Positions 19,332 to 28,766 of a DNA stretch of 64,000 nt are shown piece by piece. Each line of letters starts with the position of its first letter. Position 1 is the first letter of the stretch. The stretch is from a bacterium (GTDB lineage: Bacteria; Electryoneota; RPQS01). Position numbers and translations under genes: made by a program. Under the pieces are notes generated by a model. The model was not told where the DNA came from, ran no database searches, and saw only the letters and a program-made list of their open reading frames with translations. The stretch lies in assembly GCA_036504735.1 (NCBI GenBank), contig DASXUQ010000009.1:103204-167203 (forward strand), in the 5' to 3' direction.

Positions 19332-21443
19332 TCATAAGTATCTGCGCAGAATCGCCTGGCGTTCGTCGGACAAATTGTCCGAAGCAGTGTTTCTGAGAGC
19401 CGACCTCAAAGATTTCAGATACGCCTTGCCCGTTCGCTCATGGGAAATCACGTTTGCAGCGTGCTCCAGTGCGTTGAGACTACGTATAGTGGCAAAGAAT
19501 TCTGTGTCTGGAGACTGCGCCTGCAACAATCGAGTGCTGACGGCTGCCGTAATACGCTCGCACTTATCCCAATCCTTCCACCTATGGCGAACTGGGGCGT
19601 ATCTCTCAACCCACGCCCAAACCTCAAATTCATGAGCATCGTCCCATAACGCATCAAACACATCCTGAAAGAACCCGCTCAGTAGATTGCTGAATGTTGG
19701 TAATGCGAGACCGAGGGCCAAACCAAACGCTGCGATACGCGGATTGTGCGGTCGATTCTCGCCGACAGTAGCAAGGTACGTTTTCCAAACTGGAGAAGTT
19801 CTCTTGGCGGTCAGTTTATCACGAGGATCCAGCACACGCGCTGCGACCATCATTGCAGAGTCGTCAATCGAAGATTGCTTCTCGACCCATTCCAGAATCG
19901 GAACTTGTTGCCCTTGAAGCGCCTGCCTCCATATCCATGTACATTCCATCCGCTTTTCCCGAATTGCGTCGAGAATTAGTGGTACGGCGACCCCGCCCAA
20001 GTCAGAGCATAGGATATCTGCGACATCCTCGGCGGGTGAGGTAAGGATACTTGCTACTAATTGACGTGCATAATCCTTATCCTGCCTCATGTCTTCGACC
20101 AACTCGGACAGAAGTTCCCGTTTTCGAGGCCCGACCCCGCTCCAAAGCCACGGCGAGCAGGCAAGAAGGCGATTTGCTTTTACCAATGTGGCCGTAAGCT
20201 CGGGATGGGTATTGACAATCTGTAAGGCATCTTGGACATCAACGTGGGCCAGAATTCTCGTCACGATCTCCTCCCCGAGTGGTTCGAGATCAGCCTTCAA
20301 CAAATCAGTTAGCAAGTCCAGTACTTGGCTTTTGCCTGCATCGTACAAACGACTGATCTCTTCCTCGATCTCTGGAATACAGAAGCTGAATAGAGCCAAT
20401 TCGTCGATAGACGCCAGCGCTCTAAGAATAGGAGTAACTCCGTCGGAGTCCGTTTGTGATTGATAGCGGCTAAATACTTGGTCAAGGAGCTTTGACAACG
20501 ACTTTGATCGTATCGTTTCGGGCGATAGGCTGCGTGATATTGTGCGAAGTAAATGGATCGGATCCGTAGACGCAGTGTCTGTCCAGTCGCCGAAAATTGT
20601 AGCCACTGAAGGCATCAGGTTGCGTGAAGACTCACTCGTGATCCAGCTATCGACCCAATAGCGAAACGACATAGGCGAGTGATCCGTAAGGTCTCTTCGG
20701 AGAACTGCCACCCAATCGCTTCTTTCGTGGGAAGTTCCTATACGGCGCGGATCAATAACCGCCGCCCCACTTGACAATCTTCGCTGCAAGGAAAGCGAAG
20801 TTGTTCGGGGGACGACTTGCACGTCAATGGTCTTTTCTAGGACAGCGCGCGGGCTAAGTGCACCGCTGCAGAAGCCGAATCTCGATCTGAGGTTTGGCCA
20901 CTGCTGCAACCAAAGAGCGAATAGAAGACCTTCAAATTGTTCGGCATTGTCACCCAAAATTAGGACAGGGCTACTGCTCTCTGAGTAAATCGACTTGATA
21001 ATGCAGTCTACCGCACTTTCCTCATCCGTCAGAAAATCGTCATCGTTGGTGCCAGTCCAAGGCTTACAGCTTGTCAACGGCTCCAGGCTTGGACCAGACG
21101 CTACGCTCTCCATGGTAGGTCTGCTAAACAGTCGCGTGATGAATTGTCGGCTTGAGATACCACGAAGTGCCGAGTTATCGAGAAGGAGAGAGTGAGTCCA
21201 CACACAGCCTGGTCTGCGCATTTCGCTTGCATACCAAGTCTTAGCCAAAACATATTGCTTTCCGTTGGGTAGCGGATAAGCAGTAACGTATTGCTCGAAT
21301 CCTGGCTCCATAGAGGGACCCGACATGTCACTCATAACCAGAAGTATTCGGTTCACCTCTGAGTCGATGCTCGTCGACGCTTGGAGTAGACGATGTCCTT
21401 CACGATAGCCGTGGACGAATTGATGAATGACAAAATTCTCCAC
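19332..21443 (-). CDS. Large (703 aa) predominantly helical protein with conserved N-terminal region (IHQFVHGY...), last gene of the 5-gene operon
   Basis: Long ORF, 3-nt gap from the upstream gene. No P-loop or nuclease motif recognised. Confidence 0.5.
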   Translation of the reverse strand: MENFVIHQFVHGYREGHRLLQASTSIDSEVNRILLVMSDMSGPSMEPGFEQYVTAYPLPNGKQYVLAKTWYASEMRRPGCVWTHSLLLDNSALRGISSRQFITRLFSRPTMESVASGPSLEPLTSCKPWTGTNDDDFLTDEESAVDCIIKSIYSESSSPVLILGDNAEQFEGLLFALWLQQWPNLRSRFGFCSGALSPRAVLEKTIDVQVVPRTTSLSLQRRLSSGAAVIDPRRIGTSHERSDWVAVLRRDLTDHSPMSFRYWVDSWITSESSRNLMPSVATIFGDWTDTASTDPIHLLRTISRSLSPETIRSKSLSKLLDQVFSRYQSQTDSDGVTPILRALASIDELALFSFCIPEIEEEISRLYDAGKSQVLDLLTDLLKADLEPLGEEIVTRILAHVDVQDALQIVNTHPELTATLVKANRLLACSPWLWSGVGPRKRELLSELVEDMRQDKDYARQLVASILTSPAEDVADILCSDLGGVAVPLILDAIREKRMECTWIWRQALQGQQVPILEWVEKQSSIDDSAMMVAARVLDPRDKLTAKRTSPVWKTYLATVGENRPHNPRIAAFGLALGLALPTFSNLLSGFFQDVFDALWDDAHEFEVWAWVERYAPVRHRWKDWDKCERITAAVSTRLLQAQSPDTEFFATIRSLNALEHAANVISHERTGKAYLKSLRSALRNTASDNLSDERQAILRRYL

Positions 21444-21446
21444 GTA

Positions 21447-22316
21447 CTACCCTTGTTGATCTAATAGCCAAGATATTGGTGCAGTAATGTCATGCGGAGG
21501 ACAGTTAAGCCCTTCCACTTGTATCCGATCCGACGCAGACATTGTTTCCACCAACTTGGTGTGGTCTCGTTTCAAATCGCCACCTTGGGCGCTTACCCCA
21601 ACGACACTGTAGTTGATGATGTCGTTGTTCGATTCGAGAAATTGGTGCAATAAGGGTAAGTAGGTGCGCAGGACCTCATCCGGATTGCCTTGTGGGATTA
21701 GGTCCCACGCAGAAATGATGACGACTGTATTCAACCCTTTGTCAGAACCACGGCGTTCTAACAAGAACTGCAACAACTCCACGTAGCCAACTTGGGTCGG
21801 CATATCGTCATATGTCCATGGCTTTGGCTTGTCGTCATTGTTTCCTTCGGCTGACGATGTGTCGTTCGCTTCCTTAATGGTGATTGCCAGGATGTTGGCA
21901 ATATCTAATCTTGGACCTAAGTTCAACTTGCCAGGATGGACGAAAAGTAGAATCCCGTCTGCGGATTGAGCCATAGCCTCGTACTCAGGAGACCATCGTC
22001 TCTCGCTTAGTTGAAGTTGAAAGACCTCGCCGAAATGGTCAGGGATTATGACCTGAATGTGCCGACCGTTCTTATCATTCAAAGATAATTTCACGGTCTG
22101 CATGTCGTTCAAGTTGGTCCTTCCGATCTCACTACAGGAAAGCCAACTCTTGTGTATCCGGTTTAGATATGTCCGATCACCCTCGAGACCCGATAGTTCC
22201 AGCAACGACTCTGTACTATTGTCCTGCACTATGTGCCATAATCCAGCAAGAAATGTTGTCTTTCCGGTCTTAGGGAGTCCAATCAGGAGTGCATGTAGTT
22301 GTGGAACTTCGGTCAC
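21447..22316 (-). CDS. Ras-like P-loop GTPase-like protein (paralogue 2)
   Basis: G1 GLPKTGKTT, G3 DHFGE, G4-like SAWD, G5-like VSAQ. 289 aa. Confidence 0.55.
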   Translation of the reverse strand: MTEVPQLHALLIGLPKTGKTTFLAGLWHIVQDNSTESLLELSGLEGDRTYLNRIHKSWLSCSEIGRTNLNDMQTVKLSLNDKNGRHIQVIIPDHFGEVFQLQLSERRWSPEYEAMAQSADGILLFVHPGKLNLGPRLDIANILAITIKEANDTSSAEGNNDDKPKPWTYDDMPTQVGYVELLQFLLERRGSDKGLNTVVIISAWDLIPQGNPDEVLRTYLPLLHQFLESNNDIINYSVVGVSAQGGDLKRDHTKLVETMSASDRIQVEGLNCPPHDITAPISWLLDQQG

Positions 22317-22345
22317 TTGCGTTCTCCGTTGATGTTGTATTCAGA

Positions 22346-23302
22346 CTATCGGAATCGCGCAATCTCGCGCGCATTTTGTACCCTTGAAACCACGCTTTCG
22401 GATTCAGTTATGGTAATTGCAGACGGCACCGCAAGCCAGTCTATGAATGCCTCTTCAACCCCATACGCTAAAGGCAAGTCCTCGCCAACGGGCCGAGCAG
22501 CCACCTCACGAACCTTAAGCGTCGGCAGGAGCGAGGAGAATGCTACATTGAGTCTCTTCTTGGTCATATTAGCGAAATCTTCCGCATCTTGTCCCCCGCG
22601 CCGAATACAATCATACTTCGATATGAGGTACTCTACTCGGGTACTGGTCCCTATCATGTTAGCATCGAGAAAGCTACGCAACATTTGGATAGCAGAGTCA
22701 AGTTCATATGCACGCGTGTCAGCATTGGAGAGCTTCTCCCCGTTGATGAGAATCGCGAGTACATCGGCTCGTCTCAGAAACACAAGCGCTCTGCAATCAT
22801 CAGCGGAATCACATGCGAGTTCATACAACTCACCAGACGGTACAGCAAAGATAACCTGCTTCTGCAATTTATCGCATTGAGTACTATGCTGTTTCAGGGA
22901 TAAGTGGTAGTAGTAGGCTTCATCCGATCCTTTCGTGCGCTCTGTCTCTGCAGTAGACAGTCCAGAAGCGAATCTGTTCAAGTGGCATACCCGTTCGTAT
23001 CCAACGAGTGTCTTGGAGCCTGCGAAGGCGAATCCGCCGAACGGTCCTTGGAGAAACTCTTCGTAAATCGAGGTCAACAGAGTCGTCTTTCCGCTTGCTA
23101 CATTTCCAGCGAACACTACAACCGTCGTCCTATCGCGGTTAGTTATTGTGTCGCACTCGGAGGCAATAAGAGCGGTGCCTGGTAGCAACCCAACATAGCC
23201 GCTCGATGCAGTGGACTCGAGCACGCCCTCCTCCGGCTTCGACTTAACGTCGTCTGGAACACTGGCGCTTGGTGGTTGATCAGAATTTGGCACTGCGACC
23301 AT
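22346..23302 (-). CDS. P-loop GTPase-like protein (paralogue 1) with N-terminal unstructured extension
   Basis: Walker A GNVASGKTT and an NKxD-like SKYD. Same domain order as the adjacent paralogue, with degenerate G3. 318 aa. Confidence 0.5.
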   Translation of the reverse strand: MVAVPNSDQPPSASVPDDVKSKPEEGVLESTASSGYVGLLPGTALIASECDTITNRDRTTVVVFAGNVASGKTTLLTSIYEEFLQGPFGGFAFAGSKTLVGYERVCHLNRFASGLSTAETERTKGSDEAYYYHLSLKQHSTQCDKLQKQVIFAVPSGELYELACDSADDCRALVFLRRADVLAILINGEKLSNADTRAYELDSAIQMLRSFLDANMIGTSTRVEYLISKYDCIRRGGQDAEDFANMTKKRLNVAFSSLLPTLKVREVAARPVGEDLPLAYGVEEAFIDWLAVPSAITITESESVVSRVQNAREIARFR

Positions 23303-23305
23303 ATC

Positions 23306-24403
23306 CTACTTCTCCTCAGCAAGTGTTTTAAGCAATGTAGTTTCGTTATACATCTGAACCGAAAGCTGATCGGCTGGCATGGACATGTCGGTCGGCAGAC
23401 CAGTCGAGGACTTGACAAAGGCAGACCATGTCTCAGCATCGCGAGCAGATCTCCGTTTCATTATAGCATTCCAGATTGGCGTCAATTCAGAGGCATGCTT
23501 GGATACAGGCGTTGCGGTGTATGCGTCAATAGTCTCAATCGGGACAGAATTGATTGCATCCGCAATCGTCGCTGTCTCTGGCCGTACAGATGTGGCAACG
23601 TGTTTCAGTAGGGTAATAGCGTATTTGGGGCCAGGCAAGAAGTGAGTCAGATCAGCGAGTTCTTTGGCCGACACTAACGGGATGGCAGAAGGCACGACCT
23701 CAGTCCACTTCCGACTAAGATCACGGCTGTATTCTGACTGGAACCACCAGAGCATATTGCACTCTTCATCGCTTCGCAGTTGGTTATCGAGCAAAAGGGC
23801 ATAGGAGGACAAGAGAGCCTTCTGTTTTGCGTCCAGATCTTTGACGACGGCCAAGATGCTTGCGTGAAAGTCAGCTGGCTGCTCGGTCGGATTGACTTTC
23901 TCGAGTTGCGCAATCAAGGGTTGGAGTTTCTTGCTCGCATCTTTAAGTACGACGTTGGCGTTGTCGCGCTCTCGAATTGTTACGGATGCACTGTCAATGT
24001 ATTGTTGGGCAAGCGTGATGACTTCCGCATAGACCTCGCGCGGGGCATTGTGAGAGATCGGCTTGGTGGAAATAAGCGCGAGCGCCGACGCGAGTCGTAA
24101 CCAGGTATCGTCACCGCTCGAAAAACAATTTACAAGCGAACTCCCGGCCAATACTTGAATCTCAAAACGGTTTCGTTGCGAAAATGCAGAATCAAACTCT
24201 TTTATGCTGGTGGTGAACTGGATCGCGGTATCGGAGTTCTCTAAATCCGTGCCGATGAAAATGCGCAAAGTGTCAAAGAGTAGCTTGTGGCTGGCCCTAA
24301 TCTGAGAGCACCACTTCTCGACTCCTGTCCATCTGCGTTTCAGCAGGTCATCATTCGGGACGATAGATGCAATGCGGTACCACTCAGAAAAATCACGATG
24401 CAT
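23306..24403 (-). CDS. Helical protein of unknown function (365 aa) in the GTPase operon
   Basis: ORF overlapping the upstream metallophosphoesterase (MPE) gene by 11 nt. No motifs recognised. Confidence 0.45.
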   Translation of the reverse strand: MHRDFSEWYRIASIVPNDDLLKRRWTGVEKWCSQIRASHKLLFDTLRIFIGTDLENSDTAIQFTTSIKEFDSAFSQRNRFEIQVLAGSSLVNCFSSGDDTWLRLASALALISTKPISHNAPREVYAEVITLAQQYIDSASVTIRERDNANVVLKDASKKLQPLIAQLEKVNPTEQPADFHASILAVVKDLDAKQKALLSSYALLLDNQLRSDEECNMLWWFQSEYSRDLSRKWTEVVPSAIPLVSAKELADLTHFLPGPKYAITLLKHVATSVRPETATIADAINSVPIETIDAYTATPVSKHASELTPIWNAIMKRRSARDAETWSAFVKSSTGLPTDMSMPADQLSVQMYNETTLLKTLAEEK

Positions 24404-25760
24404 GATTAGCCTCGGTTCCTTCTTGGTTGGATGAGAAAGGATTATCTACGGCGTCAATCCCATGGCGTTTCGCAGTCTCTTCCCACAATCTAGCAAGCAT
24501 GCCCTTTGATTTCGCCCGCGAGAAAGCGAGCGCAAGTAGCTTGGCGTTTGCTAAGAGCTTATCTGATTCCTCCAGCAGGCCGAGCTCAAGCAGGATATCT
24601 ATTTGGTCAGGAAAAGGAAGCGACATAAAGAGATAAGTCAGACGGCGTTCGTTATCCACTATGTCTCCTTCACGGCTAACTTCGACAGGAGTCGGCGCGG
24701 GATTATCATTCGACGGTGTCTCATTAGATGGAGCAATAGTCACAATCACATCACTAGTTGCACGGAGAGTGTCAGCTCTCATGGGAGCCGCGTTTTCCCA
24801 AATGGCCTCAGAGAACAAGTCGCCACTTATTGGATCAGGATAGGGCTGAAACTTCAGGGTAGTCTTGTTCAACTGTCTCGCGTAGCTCCGAATCCTAAGC
24901 CGCTGTTCGTCCACACGTCCTATCTGCAAAAGATTGTACATGGGAAGCCACTCTGGCTCGCGCCTATCAGGATGAGTCGCTCCCGCTATCAACCGCAGGC
25001 CACCGTTAATGTGCGTGACTTCCGGCGCATGCTTATGACCGTACAATTGTAATCGAGCACGCGATTCGGTAGGTCTCACGATTCTATTTTTGTCACGAAA
25101 CCAGTCTAATGGATGATGGCACAAGAAAACAAACTCCGTGTGCGCGGCGTTTTCATATTGTGCCTGAAGGCTTCCCAGGATCAAGTTACTTTCTTGATCA
25201 TCCGAGTCCGAAATAAGGACAGATGTACCACCGCGAAGAACAATTCGTGTTCCGCAGGGTAACACCAATGGCTTTTCCCAAAATGGCTTGTCTGCAGTAA
25301 TATCGCAGGAATACTGCATTGCGAAGGTGTTGTAATTTGTCAACGGCGACATTAGCGCTTCAGCGAGTGGATGATCTTCCGCCGCGTCCCACAATTCTTG
25401 ATCAATTTCGCCCACTGCTAGCTTTCGAAAGCGCTCGTGTAAAATGCGGGTTGTCTTGCTGCTTTCTATCACGGTGCGATCTACGTCGTGATTTCCAGGA
25501 ACTGTCCACACATGCTCGTCAGAACATCCGAGCTCCGCATTAAGATGCTCAATCCATTGCTGCGCCTTTGTGTATTCCGCTTCCTTCCCAGAATAAGCGA
25601 TGTCTCCTGTAATCAGCAAGCCACTGACTTGGCCCAGGTCCGCCGCGTTCGACACTGCGTCGTGCAACAAATTGTCCCGCAGGACCTTGTCAAGGTCGTG
25701 AAGCGAGGTGTCAGAGCGCTTGGTGAAATGGATATCCGACAGGTGAACGAAAGTCAGCAT
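24393..25760 (-). CDS. Calcineurin-like metallophosphoesterase with C-terminal helical extension, first gene of the operon
   Basis: MPE motifs: LSDIHF (D-x-H), GDIAYSG (GDxxDRG-like), GNHD, and a downstream CHHP/GHKH. 455 aa. Confidence 0.7.
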   Translation of the reverse strand: MLTFVHLSDIHFTKRSDTSLHDLDKVLRDNLLHDAVSNAADLGQVSGLLITGDIAYSGKEAEYTKAQQWIEHLNAELGCSDEHVWTVPGNHDVDRTVIESSKTTRILHERFRKLAVGEIDQELWDAAEDHPLAEALMSPLTNYNTFAMQYSCDITADKPFWEKPLVLPCGTRIVLRGGTSVLISDSDDQESNLILGSLQAQYENAAHTEFVFLCHHPLDWFRDKNRIVRPTESRARLQLYGHKHAPEVTHINGGLRLIAGATHPDRREPEWLPMYNLLQIGRVDEQRLRIRSYARQLNKTTLKFQPYPDPISGDLFSEAIWENAAPMRADTLRATSDVIVTIAPSNETPSNDNPAPTPVEVSREGDIVDNERRLTYLFMSLPFPDQIDILLELGLLEESDKLLANAKLLALAFSRAKSKGMLARLWEETAKRHGIDAVDNPFSSNQEGTEANHAS

Positions 25761-26077
25761 TGTACATGTTCCAGTGAAGCCGAGCTTCGGTGATCACTAT
25801 ATCTTACTAATGTATTCGGTCGCAATTCGTGTACGTCATCGGGCCATAGGCACACTTGCGCATAGGCCTAACGAAGGCTCTAACAGCAGCGCCATGTCTT
25901 CTCCTGAATGTTCATATGAGTATACGATGTCGAAGCGGAGGCTTAGCTAACAGACCCGAATGGTTTGATACGGGACAAGCGAACCCTGCCACTTCATCAG
26001 CGGAAGATTCGCTCGCACATAAGTTGCCCGCCATGATGAATCTGTGGCCGCAAGTAATTGTGCTATAAGCTACTAAA

Positions 26078-26095
26078 TTGACAGGAACATGTCAA
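26078..26095. promoter_or_regulatory. Palindrome TTGACAggaacaTGTCAA in divergent intergenic region (candidate operator / overlapping -35 boxes)
   Basis: Lies between the minus-strand operon start (25760) and the plus-strand HTH gene (26372). Confidence 0.3.
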
Positions 26096-26371
26096 CACGC
26101 CGTATTGGCAACATAATATGATCAACCGTGTCTGATTGTAACCTATTTTCCGGGTAGTTAGCACTCGCCGTTCTGGCATAAGATAATAGAAATTATGGAT
26201 CCACGCGGCTCAACTTGTTCCTTGTCCCCGCCTACCATGACCCTATCGCTTCCCGTATCTTTGGGAGCCCTTCCGTTGACTCGGTTGCTGGCTGGTGAAA
26301 TTGGCCGCCAGCCAGCGGATGGAGCGCTCATGCATTTATCTCCGGTGCGAACATCAAACTAAAGGAAATCC

Positions 26372-26632
26372 ATGAAAACGTTGTTGACTGCTAAGCAGAC
26401 GGCAGTCTACCTGAATGTCAAGCTGAGCACGATCCGAAAGTGGACGCATCTCGAATTCATTCCTGTTGTAAAGATGAGAGGCGCTGTACGATATGACCAG
26501 GCGAAGCTTGACGTCTGGATCGAAAAGCGATCCGCTGAAGGACGGACCAGGCTAAGGAAATCCGTGCACGAGAATGGTGCCGGACTTCCTCGACGCGATC
26601 CCACGAAGCCTGTCTCTTTTGAATTGGATTAG
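26372..26632 (+). CDS. Excisionase/AlpA-like HTH DNA-binding protein
   Basis: 86 aa with a MerR/Xis-type HTH (KQTAVYLNVKLSTIRKWTH). Good RBS (AAAGGAAATCC-ATG). Preceded by the GCTGGCTGG...CCAGCCAGC inverted repeat. Confidence 0.6.
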   Translation: MKTLLTAKQTAVYLNVKLSTIRKWTHLEFIPVVKMRGAVRYDQAKLDVWIEKRSAEGRTRLRKSVHENGAGLPRRDPTKPVSFELD

Positions 26633-26821
26633 AAGAAAGCCCCGTGATCATCTGGTCACGGGGCATTATTTCATCGAGTTTGGGTCTTGAAATCGCAATC
26701 TGAACAGGTCAAATTCAATGACAAGACATACTTGTGAGATTCAAGTGCGATACACAATACTGCGAATAAAGTACTTGCGAAATCGCTTGTACTGGACTGG
26801 CTAAAAGGTCTATCGACTGTA

Positions 26822-28165
26822 TCACCGAGCTTTCTCCACACTGGATCTGGCCCAGCGCATCTGCCTTTGTGAGTATTGCTGTTCTTCAATGTGCCGAATT
26901 AAAGCATGTTGCCGAACATCGTTTACCATCAACGAGACCTTTCGTGATTCGGCCACATTTAGCTTCAGAGAGGCCGGATTTACAAGCACAGCACCGTTCT
27001 TCAGTGCAAGGCCGAAATCGGCGTTAACGACCGCTAAGGATGATCGAAAGTAGTCAACAAAAGTGCGCATATCGAACCGGTCGAGATGCGTTGCGACGTG
27101 GATGTTCAAGATATCTGTTTCGTCCGGTGATCGGGTGATATCGATTATCAGCCTACATACCCTCTCCCCTGTAATAGCAAAGTGATCATCACATATTGCC
27201 TGGATGTCGACTGGGAACACAATAGCACTCCCAGCAATGAAGACCGAATCTGTACGCCCCAATACACGGTACCTTGGCGCCATCCTTCCGCACACGCATC
27301 GGTCAGGTAGCACAACTCCCAAATCGCCAAGCTTATATCTGATTAAGGGCATGAGATCACGGAACGTAGTCACGATGATCTCCCCGAGTTCATAGTCCCT
27401 TGCAGGTTCCTCCGTGACCGGGTTAATCAATTCGATGAAAGTCCCACGCGAAACTGCATGGACCCCTTCACACTGTGGTGAGCCAAAGCCAAGCATCATT
27501 GTCTCTACGCTACCGTATAGCTCGGATATGTCGTTGGTCCTCCAAAGATGAGACAATAACCTTCGCGTTCCATTCGTGATAAGCTCGCCGCAGACAATTA
27601 GGGATTTGACATTGCTGAGTCCGGATTCGAAGTACTTTCGGCCCAATGGTAACAATGTTGTCGGCATGCCAAACAACGTACAAGTGTCTAACGATGGCAA
27701 CAGAGCCACGACTGAATCTGCCTCATGAACAGAAATGGGTAATGTTATCACCCCCAGTCTCTCGGCAGCATCAAGTAACTCCGCTGAACCACTATGGCTG
27801 TAGCTCAAGATTGGAATAAAGTACGTACTTTGATCGACCCGCGATAAAGCGAGACCTTCGCTCAGATTGAGAGTCCATTCTTCGACATCTTCTCGTGACA
27901 GGAGTAGTTTCTTGTGCGCCCCCGTAGTGCTGGATGAAAGAAAGACTCGCCGCGCATCCGAAAGATCGCCGCATACAAGTTGCCTAGATGCTTGCTGCAC
28001 TTGGCCTGGCGTAATGTAGGGCAACTGTCTAAACGATGCGTATTCGAAACTCGCAGAATCTTCGAGGTCCAAGCCATCATAGATTGAATGATAGAATTCA
28101 GATCGAGCGAAGGCTCGACGAACAAGCTGGAGTGACGGTTGTGCAGGAAAGTTATGCAATCGCAA
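26822..28165 (-). CDS. PaaK/CapK/F390-synthetase-like adenylate-forming enzyme
   Basis: 447 aa. SSSTTGAHKK (SSGTTG-like P-loop of ANL enzymes) and YGSVETMML (YGSTE). AT-rich codon usage unlike the surrounding genes. Confidence 0.6.
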   Translation of the reverse strand: MRLHNFPAQPSLQLVRRAFARSEFYHSIYDGLDLEDSASFEYASFRQLPYITPGQVQQASRQLVCGDLSDARRVFLSSSTTGAHKKLLLSREDVEEWTLNLSEGLALSRVDQSTYFIPILSYSHSGSAELLDAAERLGVITLPISVHEADSVVALLPSLDTCTLFGMPTTLLPLGRKYFESGLSNVKSLIVCGELITNGTRRLLSHLWRTNDISELYGSVETMMLGFGSPQCEGVHAVSRGTFIELINPVTEEPARDYELGEIIVTTFRDLMPLIRYKLGDLGVVLPDRCVCGRMAPRYRVLGRTDSVFIAGSAIVFPVDIQAICDDHFAITGERVCRLIIDITRSPDETDILNIHVATHLDRFDMRTFVDYFRSSLAVVNADFGLALKNGAVLVNPASLKLNVAESRKVSLMVNDVRQHALIRHIEEQQYSQRQMRWARSSVEKAR

Positions 28166-28172
28166 ATCCTTA

Positions 28173-28766
28173 CTATTGCGCCGTGAGCTTTTGGTAGAAT
28201 ACTGGATCGCAGAGTTGGTCCTTTTTCATTGCGGACCGCCTGCATTTGACAAAAGAACAAAATGCCGCTAGGAACACGACTATCGAGATCACCAATAAGA
28301 CCTGGAGGCTGTCGGATATTGAGTCTATGGTCGAATTGCTCACCACGACAAATGTCAGATTGCTAGCTGTAATCCAGAGGATGCTTAGTACGAAGACCAA
28401 CATGAGAAAGAGTTGACCTATGATTCGCAGTGTTCTCATCACGAGAATTTGGTACTTCCAATAACGCCAATCTGCAATTCCGTCTAGCACAATGAGGTTG
28501 GCACTGTGTCGCACTAGCTGTCCGACAAGAGAAGTATTTTTTAGGGTCGCTGCAGCTGCTTCGCCGGGGCTTGCATATTCAGTGGTTACCGGTGTTGGAA
28601 GCTCCTTGACCGAATTGATGATTCGTTCCCTAATGCGCTGCAGCATCTGCATGTGAACTTCAAAACTCTCCAAAGATGCCTTCAGCCTATCCACAAAGGC
28701 ATCGAGGGCCATGAACATTGCCAACGTGATTGTCATGACCGCCAATACGGATCTGATGTCAAGCAT
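28173..28766 (-). CDS. Integral membrane protein, unknown function
   Basis: 197 aa with several hydrophobic helices. Overlaps the symporter gene by 8 nt. Confidence 0.4.
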   Translation of the reverse strand: MLDIRSVLAVMTITLAMFMALDAFVDRLKASLESFEVHMQMLQRIRERIINSVKELPTPVTTEYASPGEAAAATLKNTSLVGQLVRHSANLIVLDGIADWRYWKYQILVMRTLRIIGQLFLMLVFVLSILWITASNLTFVVVSNSTIDSISDSLQVLLVISIVVFLAAFCSFVKCRRSAMKKDQLCDPVFYQKLTAQ

